Counted from the stretch's first letter, positions 28,301 through 36,865 are shown. The stretch: 64,000 nt of DNA from Minisyncoccia bacterium (GCA_049296855.1 JBAQTF010000015.1:15112-79111), one strand, 5' to 3'. Made by a program: numbers and translations. The notes: generated from the sequence alone by a model not told the origin.

Positions 28301-28620
28301 CAAGAACTAGATACTGCCGTATTATAAGCATAATAAGTAATACCGGTATCGTTATCAACAATACCAACTCCAATAAAATGGTCAGATCCATTTCCTTTAT
28401 CATTATAAGAAATCCTTATTTCTTTCACATGGCCTGTTGCATCTTTAAAAATATGATTATTGCCTGAAAGATTATTACCAACCAGTTGAACACTATCATC
28501 TAATTGTGAATATAAAATATTGGCGGAAACAAAGCTGAAACTAATAAGAAATGTGAATATTAATAGTAAAAACAGAAAAATTGGACGAGCAAATCTTACT
28601 AAAAAGCCTTTTTGATCCAT
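25324..28620 (-). CDS. Large secreted or surface protein of 1098 aa, with an N-terminal signal/anchor, two tandem beta-rich domains of about 150 aa each, and an alpha/beta-hydrolase (lipase-like) domain.
   Basis: An N-terminal hydrophobic segment is followed by an internal duplication (HFIGVGIVDNDTG...YPCNGSNLTFNPTHHYY resembles GLFMGVEIIDFTT...YPCTGPNLVLDPTHEYG). A nucleophile elbow IIAHSNGGLIA (GxSxG-like) is present. The C-terminal tail is Lys/Pro-rich. Confidence 0.65.
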   Translation of the reverse strand: MDQKGFLVRFARPIFLFLLLIFTFLISFSFVSANILYSQLDDSVQLVGNNLSGNNHIFKDATGHVKEIRISYNDKGNGSDHFIGVGIVDNDTGITYYAYNTAVSSSCGNSFQSTGLNEKQILTFDSNWEWRAYPCNGSNLTFNPTHHYYLISFRNSGGINTQVYYGSSSNPNDFYAYIDSSTSFHDTEKSITSFSFPGVATGVISDVDHTISLHVPFGTDVSATTSDITISDGASLSPNIGVAQNFNNGVTYTVTAVDGSTQNYLVKIFYDCGTGCKSTVLYSQPDNSVETGYGSVATPVIISNASGNISNLKFAYIDHSVNLGLFMGVEIIDFTTSEGYYTSLDGVCGDSYGTTTLNTKIVVNLDSSTTYRKYPCTGPNLVLDPTHEYGINIFRNHGGQGLQKLYGGSDAISDVYLEVTADSPVAGCVADCFSNVLFIPGLEASRLYEQKTIFGIPVEDQLWEPNTNSDVQTLYLDSDGTSIDPNVYTRDIILETNSPIYTGLAGQNIYKSFSAMMDGLVSDNKIVAWQSYAYDWRADVQDIVDNGTKRENGSYTLTETLRGLVDSSKNRKVTIIAHSNGGLIAKALLKKLQDDKTAGRNDLIDHIDVLILVASPQLGTSTAIPALLHGYDTSIMLNILLNPSVARELARNMSSAYGLLPSTEYFNHISNPVVNFVPNSFDPWMTNEITTYGQSVNNYSEVKSFILGSEGRSNPTFFTDTFIPIKGNSSLLNEAESLHNSIDTMTLPTSIRVIQVAGWGLDTVAGFQYNASTTCSSLADNGCTGSYILDQRPIFTIDGDKTVVEPSAMAMNGEKYWVNFKNYNTIFRINRQHKDILEINQLNDFIASTIINGSVSPNSVFKDSKPVDSSNKLRLSVHSPVTLEAYDNEENHTGKVCPPTTDLCYVEENIPNSGYYEFGEGKYLNLTKEDLQKVVLQGTDVGMFTFESQVIEPDGQTITSLFVDIPVTTQTQGEITLNATDTPQLKLDVTGDGVTDFIIAPSSTFDPVTYLQIMKTTVNSLDITQAKKNAFGNRVDNIIKSIQKGKIDKTKLKVDKFKSVLEKKITKPDPKHPKPKKLSKTDAQLLLDMLNQLLDNLG

Positions 28621-28728
28621 AACAGTGAGGTGAAATTAAAATGGTCTAATGCCGGGATTCTAGCACCACTTTAGGTTTTGACACCTAGCGACTTTATTAA
28701 AAATGTATTCGAATTTTTATAAAAAAGT

Positions 28729-28751
28729 GGGTGGTCCTTTTGGAACCACCC
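28729..28751 (-). terminator. Intrinsic terminator for the gene at 28787-29200.
   Basis: The stem GGGTGGTCC...GGAACCACCC is followed by a T-run on the minus strand. Confidence 0.5.
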
Positions 28752-28786
28752 GCTTGTAACGTCAATCAGTGTAAACCCGACAAGGC

Positions 28787-29200
28787 CTACTTGATTCGCT
28801 GAAGAGACTTCTTGATTGTCGCTTCGATATCCCTCACCTGTTTGGAGAGCCTTTTGTTCTCGTCGATAATCTCCGCCACTGCAGCCCCGATCAGTTCCAA
28901 CTGCTTACAAAACTTCAACAAAAGTTTTGTTGATTTGCTATGGGATTTGCATCGCAAATAAGACTCATCTTTCAACTCAGAGAGTTTGTGCTCTCTTTTC
29001 GCTTTTTTGAGCCGACAAAGTGTTTCTCCGACTGATCTTTCTGTAGTTGGAATATCCTCCTGCTGAGCCAACTTGAAAAGTCGTGCGATTTCTTCATAAA
29101 CTGGAGTAGCAACCAGATCAGCGTTCTTTGTAATGAAACTCGTCAAGGCCCCTCTTCGAGTTGTTTTTCTATTGACCATCTCATTTTCCTCCTCTGCCAT
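28787..29200 (-). CDS. Hypothetical 137-aa protein.
   Basis: It is a charged, helical protein with moderately elevated GC. A palindrome TTGTCT-ATG-AGACAA lies about 40 nt upstream. Confidence 0.45.
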   Translation of the reverse strand: MAEEENEMVNRKTTRRGALTSFITKNADLVATPVYEEIARLFKLAQQEDIPTTERSVGETLCRLKKAKREHKLSELKDESYLRCKSHSKSTKLLLKFCKQLELIGAAVAEIIDENKRLSKQVRDIEATIKKSLQRIK

Positions 29201-29377
29201 TTCATTTTCAATAGTGGCAATAATTGATGTTTTCGAAATTGTTGTCTATGAGACAAAGTCTCTCTAGTAAACATTTATACAGGAAATAATTGTTTTGTCA
29301 AGATTACCTATCAAACAACTCCTTGTGATGAATTGTATAAGGTCTCGCCTTGCATAATAAATTTTTTATAAAAGAGA

Positions 29378-29410
29378 ATGACCGTTCACATATAGATGTG
29401 TAACGGTCAT
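29378..29410 (-). terminator. Intrinsic terminator for the gene at 29431-29811.
   Basis: The roughly 14-bp stem ATGACCGTTCACAT/ATGTGTAACGGTCAT is followed by a T-run on the minus strand. Confidence 0.5.
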
Positions 29411-29430
29411 GTAGGTCGTGAAATGCAAAG

Positions 29431-29811
29431 TCATTGCGTGTTTGCCTCGAGAAGGAACCTGCGCATCACGCGAATAAGATGACAACAGAATCCCGTTGGG
29501 CAATCCTTCGAAATAGTCATATCGTACGGCTCTCCGAAGATGCTCTGTATCGAGAAGTTCGCGACGATAAGTCGCGGATTTAAATCTTTCATTCTGCGAA
29601 TGAATTGATTTTCCTCCCACTGATTGTTGGAGAAAATACCTATGACTAAAAGTTGGCGCTCACCAGGAATAATGCGCCGTTCGATGTCTCTTGGATAGCT
29701 GGTAAGAAGATAACTCAATTCTGGAAACTTTGCCTCCTTAAGCTCGTCGTAGATTGAGTCGTAACCAAGACGCGACGTCTGGACGATTAAGATGGGGTAG
29801 ACTTTCAACAA
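29431..29811 (-). CDS. Hypothetical 126-aa protein.
   Basis: A terminator lies directly downstream. The overlapping alternative frame 29366-29620 looks spurious. Confidence 0.4.
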   Translation of the reverse strand: MLKVYPILIVQTSRLGYDSIYDELKEAKFPELSYLLTSYPRDIERRIIPGERQLLVIGIFSNNQWEENQFIRRMKDLNPRLIVANFSIQSIFGEPYDMTISKDCPTGFCCHLIRVMRRFLLEANTQ

Positions 29812-29867
29812 TCTGTCCTCCTAGCTTTTCCTGTACAATTAAAGCACAATGCGCAAAAAAATCAATG

Positions 29868-30509
29868 CTAATCATTTCTTTGGAACAACTCCCGATCTTT
29901 TCTTAAAAATTTAAGACAAATGTGAAATATGGTATATGTAATAAAAAAAGCAGAAAAAACATCAATGGTGTAGTGCAAATGACCTAGTAAAACAACCACC
30001 CCAAAAACAATAGAGAAAGTTAAGAAAATATATCTTAATGATTTGTGGTCCCAAAAAATAAGTGCTAAAAGAAATGGTAAACCTGTGTGACCAGAAAAAA
30101 ACAAATCATCACCATTAAAAATTCCATTAAACATCTTTCCACCAAAAATAACTGAATCAATTGTGGCATGTGTGGGAAATGGATTGATGTGAGTGAGAGT
30201 TATAAAAAAAGATCGCGTTAAAGTAAAAATAGCGATACTTTTCATAACAAAAGGTAAATAATTTATATGACGAAAACATAAATACAATATGAAAAATGTA
30301 AGAAAAACTGCTCCATAAACAAAAATACCCCCAACATCATACACTCTTGTGTTACTTAAAACTATATCTGCCACAGAACTACTAGCACTGTTTGTAGCGT
30401 AGTTACTTGCGTAAAATTGAGTCATAAGAGCTACAACAATAAGCACTATCGCTTCAAAAAAGGAGAAAATGAAGTCTTTATTAGAAAAATGTTGTCTATA
30501 GGCTTCCAT
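29868..30509 (-). CDS. PAP2-superfamily-like integral membrane protein.
   Basis: It has FFSGHTG and a downstream LGHLHYTIDV (SGH / H..D phosphatase-like motifs) and multiple TM helices. Confidence 0.5.
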   Translation of the reverse strand: MEAYRQHFSNKDFIFSFFEAIVLIVVALMTQFYASNYATNSASSSVADIVLSNTRVYDVGGIFVYGAVFLTFFILYLCFRHINYLPFVMKSIAIFTLTRSFFITLTHINPFPTHATIDSVIFGGKMFNGIFNGDDLFFSGHTGLPFLLALIFWDHKSLRYIFLTFSIVFGVVVLLGHLHYTIDVFSAFFITYTIFHICLKFLRKDRELFQRND

Positions 30510-31332
30510 TTGCAGTATTATAGAACGAAACCCTATTTTTGTCTATAAAAAACTCTATCAACTCTGCTATCTTCTCCACAGCGTTATGAACTGTATTATG
30601 ATCAATATTTTGGATACTAATGAATTCAGCGTTTTTTATTTCTTTGAACATCATGATTGAATTTTTTATTGGAACCATTGTATCTTTCTCTCCATGGATA
30701 ATAAGTGTTGGTACGTTTATTTTATCTAGAGCGTATTCTCCTTCATAAGAAAAAGAATGCTTTAGAGTATAGAAATGTGCCCGAAATCCTGTGTTTTTCA
30801 TGTCTGCAATATTTCTTTTTACATTCCAATCAGTTGAGCCTATGTGTTTACTATAATCAACACGTCCGCGAGGTTTGGAATTAAAAGGAAGAAAGCCAAC
30901 AACTTTTGTTAATATTTTAAGACTAAAACGAACAACTTTTAATGAAAAAATTTTGTCTAGATAAATCTCTGGCGAAGTAAAAACATTAGCAATAACATTT
31001 TCTCTGTGTAATTTTAAATACTCCAAATGCACCAACCCGCCAAAAGAGTTACTGACTAAAATAAATTTAGGAATGTTTAAATATGAAACCAAATCGTGGA
31101 GATCTTCAGCAAAATTCTTTACTTCATAATTAGAATGTCTGGAAAATTTTTTTGAGTTACCATGTCCACGAATATCATAGGTCAAAACGTTGTATTTATT
31201 TTGGAATATTTTCTCATATGGTAACCAAGCTGAGGATGAACCAGAAACTCCGTGCACAAAAACTAGCGTAAATCTGTTGTTTTTAAATTCATTTGCTCGA
31301 TAATACGTATCTTTGTAATAATATTCTTTCAT
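30496..31332 (-). CDS. Alpha/beta-fold hydrolase.
   Basis: It has the HG oxyanion region FVHGVSGSS and the nucleophile elbow LVSNSFGG. Confidence 0.7.
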   Translation of the reverse strand: MKEYYYKDTYYRANEFKNNRFTLVFVHGVSGSSSAWLPYEKIFQNKYNVLTYDIRGHGNSKKFSRHSNYEVKNFAEDLHDLVSYLNIPKFILVSNSFGGLVHLEYLKLHRENVIANVFTSPEIYLDKIFSLKVVRFSLKILTKVVGFLPFNSKPRGRVDYSKHIGSTDWNVKRNIADMKNTGFRAHFYTLKHSFSYEGEYALDKINVPTLIIHGEKDTMVPIKNSIMMFKEIKNAEFISIQNIDHNTVHNAVEKIAELIEFFIDKNRVSFYNTANGSL

Positions 31333-31344
31333 TGTTTTTATATT

Positions 31345-32526
31345 TTAGTTTTGCTCCAAAGCCGAATAGTAGACTTCTTCTAGTTTATCTGTGCTTCTCT
31401 CAATATCATAATCCTTACTCTTCTGTAAACTAACAACGCCCATAGACAATCTTAACTCTTTATCAAGAACTAACTTCAACACTTGCTCCGCCAAATGTTC
31501 TGGGTTCTGAGCCTGAAACAAAAAGCCGTTACCATCTACAAAATATCTTGAGGCACTCATCTCTGCATCAGAAATAACAATCGGTTTACCACAAGCCATC
31601 GCTTCTAGAACTACCATGCCTTCTAACTCCGCAAGTGAGGGCAATATGAAGATATCACTAGCGTTATAGGCAAACACTCTGTCTTCATCACTAACTAATC
31701 CTAGAAAGGTAACGTGGTTATGAAGTTCTTTATCTACTACCAGTTTTTGTAATTTTCCTTTGAGATGTCCCCCACCAACTATCATAAGGTGTACCTTAGG
31801 ATTTACCTTGATTATATGAGGCATCGCTTCGATAAGAGTATCTATGGATTTTTCTGGAAAAAGTCTACCGACAAATAATAACTTCGTGCTTTCGCTCGGC
31901 AAACTAAATCTCTCAAGAAAATCCCCGATAGGAAGCGGTTTGAACTCGCCAGTATGTATACCGTTACTGATAACAGTTGATGGTTGGTCAATGCGAGTTA
32001 ATTTATCTAATAACCTACGCGCCATTTCTGAAGGATATATTATATGTTCTGTTTTGCTGTAAACCCAAGTAAGATAATTATTCCACAACTTGTTTAGCAT
32101 CGGACGAATAAACCAGGGGCTATCCATGAAAAGATTTTCTGGTTGCGAGTGAGAATGCGCCACGATTTTTATACGTAGAGAACGTGCAGCTCTAATAGCC
32201 ACGATTGCCGCTGACATTGGTAATATAATATGCACCACATCGATTTTTTCTTTGGTGAAAATATCTTTCAGTTCTTTAACGGAAGGAAAGGCTGTGTTCC
32301 ATCCGCCAGACTTTGGTATAGGTAGACTTCTAAAACGGTATGCTTTTATACCAATATGATGACTGTGAATTTTATATTCTTTGGACTTAGCTCCAATAAA
32401 AATAAGATGGTGTCCCCTGTCAGTTAGCAACTTGGAAAATCTCATGGTGGATACTATAACACCGGCTTTATAATCACCAATAGGATCACAAATTATTGCA
32501 ATATTTAACTTTCTTTTTTTTATCAT
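31345..32526 (-). CDS. Family-4 glycosyltransferase (GT4).
   Basis: It has the C-terminal EX7E-type region EGMVVLEAMACGKPIVISD and the Rossmann pattern FVGRLFPEKSIDTLIEAM. The start was chosen at MIKKRKLNIAIIC. Confidence 0.8.
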   Translation of the reverse strand: MIKKRKLNIAIICDPIGDYKAGVIVSTMRFSKLLTDRGHHLIFIGAKSKEYKIHSHHIGIKAYRFRSLPIPKSGGWNTAFPSVKELKDIFTKEKIDVVHIILPMSAAIVAIRAARSLRIKIVAHSHSQPENLFMDSPWFIRPMLNKLWNNYLTWVYSKTEHIIYPSEMARRLLDKLTRIDQPSTVISNGIHTGEFKPLPIGDFLERFSLPSESTKLLFVGRLFPEKSIDTLIEAMPHIIKVNPKVHLMIVGGGHLKGKLQKLVVDKELHNHVTFLGLVSDEDRVFAYNASDIFILPSLAELEGMVVLEAMACGKPIVISDAEMSASRYFVDGNGFLFQAQNPEHLAEQVLKLVLDKELRLSMGVVSLQKSKDYDIERSTDKLEEVYYSALEQN

Positions 32527-32530
32527 ATCT

Positions 32531-33109
32531 TTAGATAACTTGAGATTTTTCGAACCTATACACAACGTAGAGAACTCCGACTGTCAGCACCCCAACACTA
32601 ACCGAAGCCGCAAAGTAGTTGAGGTATTTATCTATCAAAACATATGCGTGACCAAAAAGCATCCCTACACTTGTCAAAATAAGTGACTGTACAAAAGTAA
32701 CATAAAAACACATTCTTATGTAACGTATGTAAGGCACTTTCAAAATACCAGCAAGGACAAGTCCGATGGGACCGACTCCGTGAGCAATTTTGGAAGTAAC
32801 CACTGCTTTATTATGATTCTCATGAAAATAAACTTTTGTTTTTTCTAATCTGGTATGTGTTATACCGATTTTATGACCAAACTTATGAACTAACTTTCCC
32901 CCCCATCTCCCAAGTGAATAATACATGGTATCGCCGATAATATCTGCAAACATTATTATTAGTATGACAAGCAGAAAATTCATCTGACCAGTTGAAACCA
33001 GCAGTCCAGCTATTATTGAAATTATTGGCCCCTCAAAAACTGCGATTGGAAAAAGGATAAAATAACTGTAGTGCAGAAGCAGGGTAAATGTTGGTTGCAT
33101 ATTAATCAC
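32531..33109 (-). CDS. DedA/VTT-domain membrane protein.
   Basis: The pattern FPIAVFEGPIISIIAGLL and several TM helices match the DedA family. Confidence 0.7.
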   Translation of the reverse strand: MINMQPTFTLLLHYSYFILFPIAVFEGPIISIIAGLLVSTGQMNFLLVILIIMFADIIGDTMYYSLGRWGGKLVHKFGHKIGITHTRLEKTKVYFHENHNKAVVTSKIAHGVGPIGLVLAGILKVPYIRYIRMCFYVTFVQSLILTSVGMLFGHAYVLIDKYLNYFAASVSVGVLTVGVLYVVYRFEKSQVI

Positions 33110-33199
33110 AAGTATAACAAATTACAGATAAAAAATTATAAGGAAAAGTCATCGACTCGAGTTGAGCAAAAGCCATTTTATCAAGTAGTATCGTGTAAC

Positions 33200-34933
33200 T
33201 TACAGAAAGAGGCGTCCGATGCGAATTTTGAGATACGGCGTACGTTTTTTTTGTTTTATAAGTAGATTGTAGACTGGCGAGAGAGTAGTCGTACCAGTTT
33301 TTTTGAAAGCGGATAGAATATCATCGAGTTCACTGCGTCTAAGTTCACGCTTCAAATAAGTTATATCTGGACACCTATTCGTTTTTTTCAACTTATCAGA
33401 CAAAACCATATCTTCAACATGAGATATGATAGTTTCTGATGTCACTCCCCTAGCCTCTGCAATATCGGCAATTGACACTTCCTCGCGGAGCATATCTGCT
33501 GTTATCTCTTGCGTACTTTTCTTTAGTTCCTTCTCTTTGGCCATACGACCACCGCTCGCTTTCAGCGGTTGTCTTTTTATTTTTACTTTTTCTTCTGGCT
33601 CAATTTTCTTTATCCAAGCTCTCTGTATCTCTAAAATCTCCTCCCGAGACATTTCTTCAAGGTCGAACCTTGAAGTATTAGACATCTCTTGGAACTTTTT
33701 GTCCATATCTAAAACTTCTGGGTCGACTTCGAGCGACATGTCGTTAAACCCGAGGAGTTTCATCCCAGACAGCGACCGCACACGTGACAGGGCAACGTAT
33801 CCCATACCTTTTACAAATGACTTGGACAGATCGACCTCCATAGCATCGAGTGACATTCCCTGACTTTTGTGAACAGTTATCGCCCAAGCAAGACGAAGTG
33901 GCAACTGACTTATTTCCGCTTTTACTTTTCCCTCCTCTTCTATTTTCCACGATTGAGGTTGAACAGAGAAAGTCATTCCACTGTTTGTCCGAACAATGGG
34001 ATCCCCATAAGAATTGAAGTCTGAGACCACACCCAAAGTGCCGTTCACGTATCCGCCCTCTGAATGATTTTTAGTAAACATGACTCGTGCACCCTTTTTT
34101 AGTTCTAAAGTTTCCGGCGATAAACAACTTTTCTTCAAACTCAAAGTCAAACCAGATGAACCTTTGGAAGACATGCTGTAACTTTTTGTTTCCCCAGAAA
34201 TCAAATCAAGGTGCTTTTTATTCACAATATCAACATCAATATTATGCGTATATAATCGAGTTGATTCACCACCTGTATCTGGATCTTTGTTGAAACGAGC
34301 CTTTAAAAGTTCAATTGTTTTCGGAGAAACTTTATTTTCGCGAATCTGATTTAATATAGAAAGATACACATTATCTTTTTGTCGATATTGTTCTGATAAA
34401 TGACAAATAGTGAACTTGGAAGCAAGAAAGCTTTCGGCTTTGTATGCAAATTCAGACTCCAAAACATCACCACGAGTAACAGGTGGAAGTTGGAAAAAAT
34501 CTCCACACAATATAATCTGCATTCCACCAAATGGTTTTTCGCTTCGCTTCATTTGACGGCAAATCCATTCGATCATATCGAGACGAAAATGGTGAAGCAT
34601 CGAAACCTCATCAATAATCAAAACTTTTGTCCTCTCAAATCTTTTGTATAGGTACTGACGTTCCATCAGATCCTCAATATCATAGTCAGTTAGCGTGTCA
34701 CGAATTCCAAGGCCTGACCACGAGTGTATAGTCATGCCCCCAATGTGAGTCGCAGCAATACCAGTCGAAGCCGTGACAGCAACATCCACAGCGTGTTTTT
34801 TTAGATAATTTACATATTCATTTATAACATGGGTCTTCCCGCTTCCCGCCGGACCAGTAATAAAAACATTTTTGCCCATCTTTAAAATATCCAAGGCCTG
34901 TGATTGAAGCATTGGACTATTGTACCAGTACAA
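33200..34933 (-). CDS. Pif1/RecD-family helicase with a C-terminal helix-turn-helix domain.
   Basis: It has Walker A GPAGSGKT and Pif1-like motifs (VLIIDEVSM, ILCGDFFQLPPV). The C-terminal roughly 110 aa resemble the helicase-associated HTH domain. It contains the in-frame repeat insert at 33535-33586. Confidence 0.75.
   Translation of the reverse strand: MYWYNSPMLQSQALDILKMGKNVFITGPAGSGKTHVINEYVNYLKKHAVDVAVTASTGIAATHIGGMTIHSWSGLGIRDTLTDYDIEDLMERQYLYKRFERTKVLIIDEVSMLHHFRLDMIEWICRQMKRSEKPFGGMQIILCGDFFQLPPVTRGDVLESEFAYKAESFLASKFTICHLSEQYRQKDNVYLSILNQIRENKVSPKTIELLKARFNKDPDTGGESTRLYTHNIDVDIVNKKHLDLISGETKSYSMSSKGSSGLTLSLKKSCLSPETLELKKGARVMFTKNHSEGGYVNGTLGVVSDFNSYGDPIVRTNSGMTFSVQPQSWKIEEEGKVKAEISQLPLRLAWAITVHKSQGMSLDAMEVDLSKSFVKGMGYVALSRVRSLSGMKLLGFNDMSLEVDPEVLDMDKKFQEMSNTSRFDLEEMSREEILEIQRAWIKKIEPEEKVKIKRQPLKASGGRMAKEKELKKSTQEITADMLREEVSIADIAEARGVTSETIISHVEDMVLSDKLKKTNRCPDITYLKRELRRSELDDILSAFKKTGTTTLSPVYNLLIKQKKRTPYLKIRIGRLFL
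33535..33586. repeat. GC-rich repeat copy A of about 52 nt, inserted in-frame in the Pif1-like helicase. It encodes KIKRQPLKASGGRMAKEK.
   Basis: The 26-nt core CGACCACCGCTCGCTTTCAGCGGTTG (33546-33571) is identical to 35370-35395 in trmD. The flanks are also similar (CTTTGG.CAT and CTTTTTAT.TTTTAC). Confidence 0.7.
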
Positions 34934-34948
34934 ATAGTTAATACAAAA

Positions 34949-35635
34949 TTAGATTTTTTTCGTCTTCCAATCTTCGATTTTTTTATGATCACCAGAGAGG
35001 AGGACTTTTGGTACACGATATTTTTTACCTTTGTATTCAAAAACTTCTGGACGAGTGTAGACATCATGGCTTGAAACGCGAGACTCTTCGAGAGAAGTAA
35101 TATTTCCGAGTACACCACTTATCTGTCTTGCAACACAATCAAGAATCAGCATAGCTGGTAACTCCCCTCCTGTAACAATAAAAGGTCCGACAGATATCTC
35201 CTCCATTTTGAAAACTTTTTTCACACGCGCATCAATCCCTTCATATCTTCCCGACACGATAATAATATCTGTATATTTTACAGATTTTTTTGCATACTCT
35301 GTTGTGAACTGTTTTCCACCTGGAGAGAGAAAAATTATTTTGATTTTTGCCTTTTTTTCTTTGGTCATGCGACCACCGCTCGCTTTCAGCGGTTGCTTTT
35401 TTATATTTTTTACAGCTTTTTCAATCGCCTTCACCGTAGGAATCGCTTGAATGACCATACCCGGTCCTCCACTATATGGCTTCTGATCCACACGTCTCCA
35501 TTTGTCGTCGGAATAATCGCGTGGATTGTAAAACTGCACTTTGATTTTCTTATCCTCTATCGCCCGCGAGAGTATAGACTCATTTAAATATGAGTCAAAA
35601 GCGGACGGAAACAATGTTATGATATGAAAATTCAC
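34949..35635 (-). CDS. trmD: tRNA (guanine37-N1)-methyltransferase TrmD.
   Basis: It has the SPOUT/TrmD motifs RPYSGGPGMV, SGRYEGIDARV, GGELPAM and YTRPEV. It carries a lysine-rich insert of about 14 aa (KKQPLKASGGRMTKEKK) relative to E. coli TrmD. Confidence 0.9.
   Translation of the reverse strand: MNFHIITLFPSAFDSYLNESILSRAIEDKKIKVQFYNPRDYSDDKWRRVDQKPYSGGPGMVIQAIPTVKAIEKAVKNIKKQPLKASGGRMTKEKKAKIKIIFLSPGGKQFTTEYAKKSVKYTDIIIVSGRYEGIDARVKKVFKMEEISVGPFIVTGGELPAMLILDCVARQISGVLGNITSLEESRVSSHDVYTRPEVFEYKGKKYRVPKVLLSGDHKKIEDWKTKKI
35358..35413. repeat. GC-rich repeat copy B, inserted in-frame in trmD.
   Basis: Its 26-nt core at 35370-35395 is identical to the helicase copy. It encodes QPLKASGGRM in a loop that is absent from E. 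coli TrmD. Confidence 0.7.
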
Positions 35636-35743
35636 TAACTACTTTTACCACAAATTTAAGATTTTGTATATTATTTGAATATTAGAACTTTCACAATTTG
35701 GATTAAATCCGACGTGAGCGACTTTGTTTTATTTATAAAACAA

Positions 35744-35760
35744 GAAGTACCCTTGTGGTG
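35744..35760. repeat. A GAAGTACCCTTGTGGTG repeat copy, the reverse complement of CACCACAAGGGTACTTC.
   Basis: It is a member of the dispersed intergenic repeat family and lies upstream of trmD. Confidence 0.5.
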
Positions 35761-35843
35761 AAATTAAAAATGCTCGGAGCCTTACAAGTGTAAGGTGACG
35801 AGAATTTTTAATTTTAGAGCGAGGAGTTAGCCAAATTTGGAAG

Positions 35844-36158
35844 TTATAACTTCAAATCGTTCATTGCGTCGTCTAAGGACTTGGTAGCATTGGTCTTTAC
35901 TTCACGTACCCCACCAGCCGGCTCGTTTATTTTGAGATTTACTCTAGCGTTGTTTTTCATACCAACAACACGGAGTAGTGTTCTTATCGCTTTCGCAGTA
36001 TTGCCTTCACGACCAATAATTTTACCCATATCCGCCTGGTTCACATCCAAAGTCATGAGTACACCCATCTCATCCACCGTCCTAGTAATTTTAACATCAT
36101 TCGGATTTTCAACGAGAGATTTAACAACAAAATCCAGAAACTTTACGTCAGATTCCAT
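35844..36158 (-). CDS. khpA: KH-domain RNA-binding protein (KhpA/YlqC-like).
   Basis: It has the KH motif MGKIIGREGNTAKAIRTLL, in the conserved position between rpsP and trmD. Confidence 0.7.
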   Translation of the reverse strand: MESDVKFLDFVVKSLVENPNDVKITRTVDEMGVLMTLDVNQADMGKIIGREGNTAKAIRTLLRVVGMKNNARVNLKINEPAGGVREVKTNATKSLDDAMNDLKL

Positions 36159-36247
36159 ATTTTTCGTTTCAGTTAATTGTAATCCTTACAGGATAATTAT
36201 AACAATTCGGTAAACCGTCGGTCAACAAAGTTATTAGACTACTTTAG

Positions 36248-36622
36248 TTACGACTTTTTCCCCTTCGCTCCATCCACAGGAGCTTTTGGGACTTCTTCTT
36301 TCGCTACTTTTCCTCCTCCTTCCTCGGCAGGAGCGTCTTTAACAATAGCTTTCTTTAGCGGAAGGTTATTGATTTTTTTGCCTTTAATAATTTTCTTGGT
36401 AACCAAAAGATTGTTGACTGTGGGAGATACTTGAGCCCCTTTTGACATCCAGTATGTGATTCTATCTGCTTTGAAAGTAGATGTCTCTGCATGTCGTGCA
36501 TCAAAATTACCGAGTGTCTCTATGGATTTTCCACTTTTTGTAGAATTTTTTGAATCAGTCAGAACAAGCCGAAATGACGGTTCGTGTACTCTTCCTACTC
36601 TCAGTAATCGTATTTTTAACAT
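36248..36622 (-). CDS. rpsP: 30S ribosomal protein S16 with a Lys/Ala-rich C-terminal extension.
   Basis: Its N-terminus, MLKIRLLRVGRVHEPSFRLVLTDS...RITYWMSKGAQVSPTV, matches bS16. Confidence 0.85.
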   Translation of the reverse strand: MLKIRLLRVGRVHEPSFRLVLTDSKNSTKSGKSIETLGNFDARHAETSTFKADRITYWMSKGAQVSPTVNNLLVTKKIIKGKKINNLPLKKAIVKDAPAEEGGGKVAKEEVPKAPVDGAKGKKS

Positions 36623-36629
36623 AAGGAAA

Positions 36630-36799
36630 CTCTTTCAGAAATAACGTTATGAACTAATGATTTCTAAGTATCTAAACACAAGAATTTCGGTAAAAAATAG
36701 AGTTTTGTCAGTCACTCGTATCTAGATACGCCTCCCTCCTCATCCTCTATTTTTTCCTCAAAATTCTTGTGTTTATATTACTTATTATTTCTGAAAGAG
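36630..36799. repeat. Large imperfect inverted repeat spanning the rpsP/rnr divergent promoter region, with arms of about 55-70 nt and a central GTATCTAGATAC palindrome.
   Basis: The left arm CTCTTTCAGAAATAA...AAACACAAGAATTTCGG...AATAGAG (36630-36702) matches the reverse complement of the right arm CTCTATTTTTTCC..AAATTCTTGTGTTTA...TTATTTCTGAAAGAG (36745-36799). Confidence 0.5.
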
Positions 36800-36865
36800 C
36801 TTCCCAGCATACTAACAGAATCAAGGAAAATGGTCAAACTGAGCTTATTTTGCTAGAATGGCGGG

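Noticed and set aside
29366-29620. 84-aa ORF that overlaps 29431-29811 in another frame
   Set aside because: The terminator at 29378-29410 lies inside it and fits the other frame ending at 29431.
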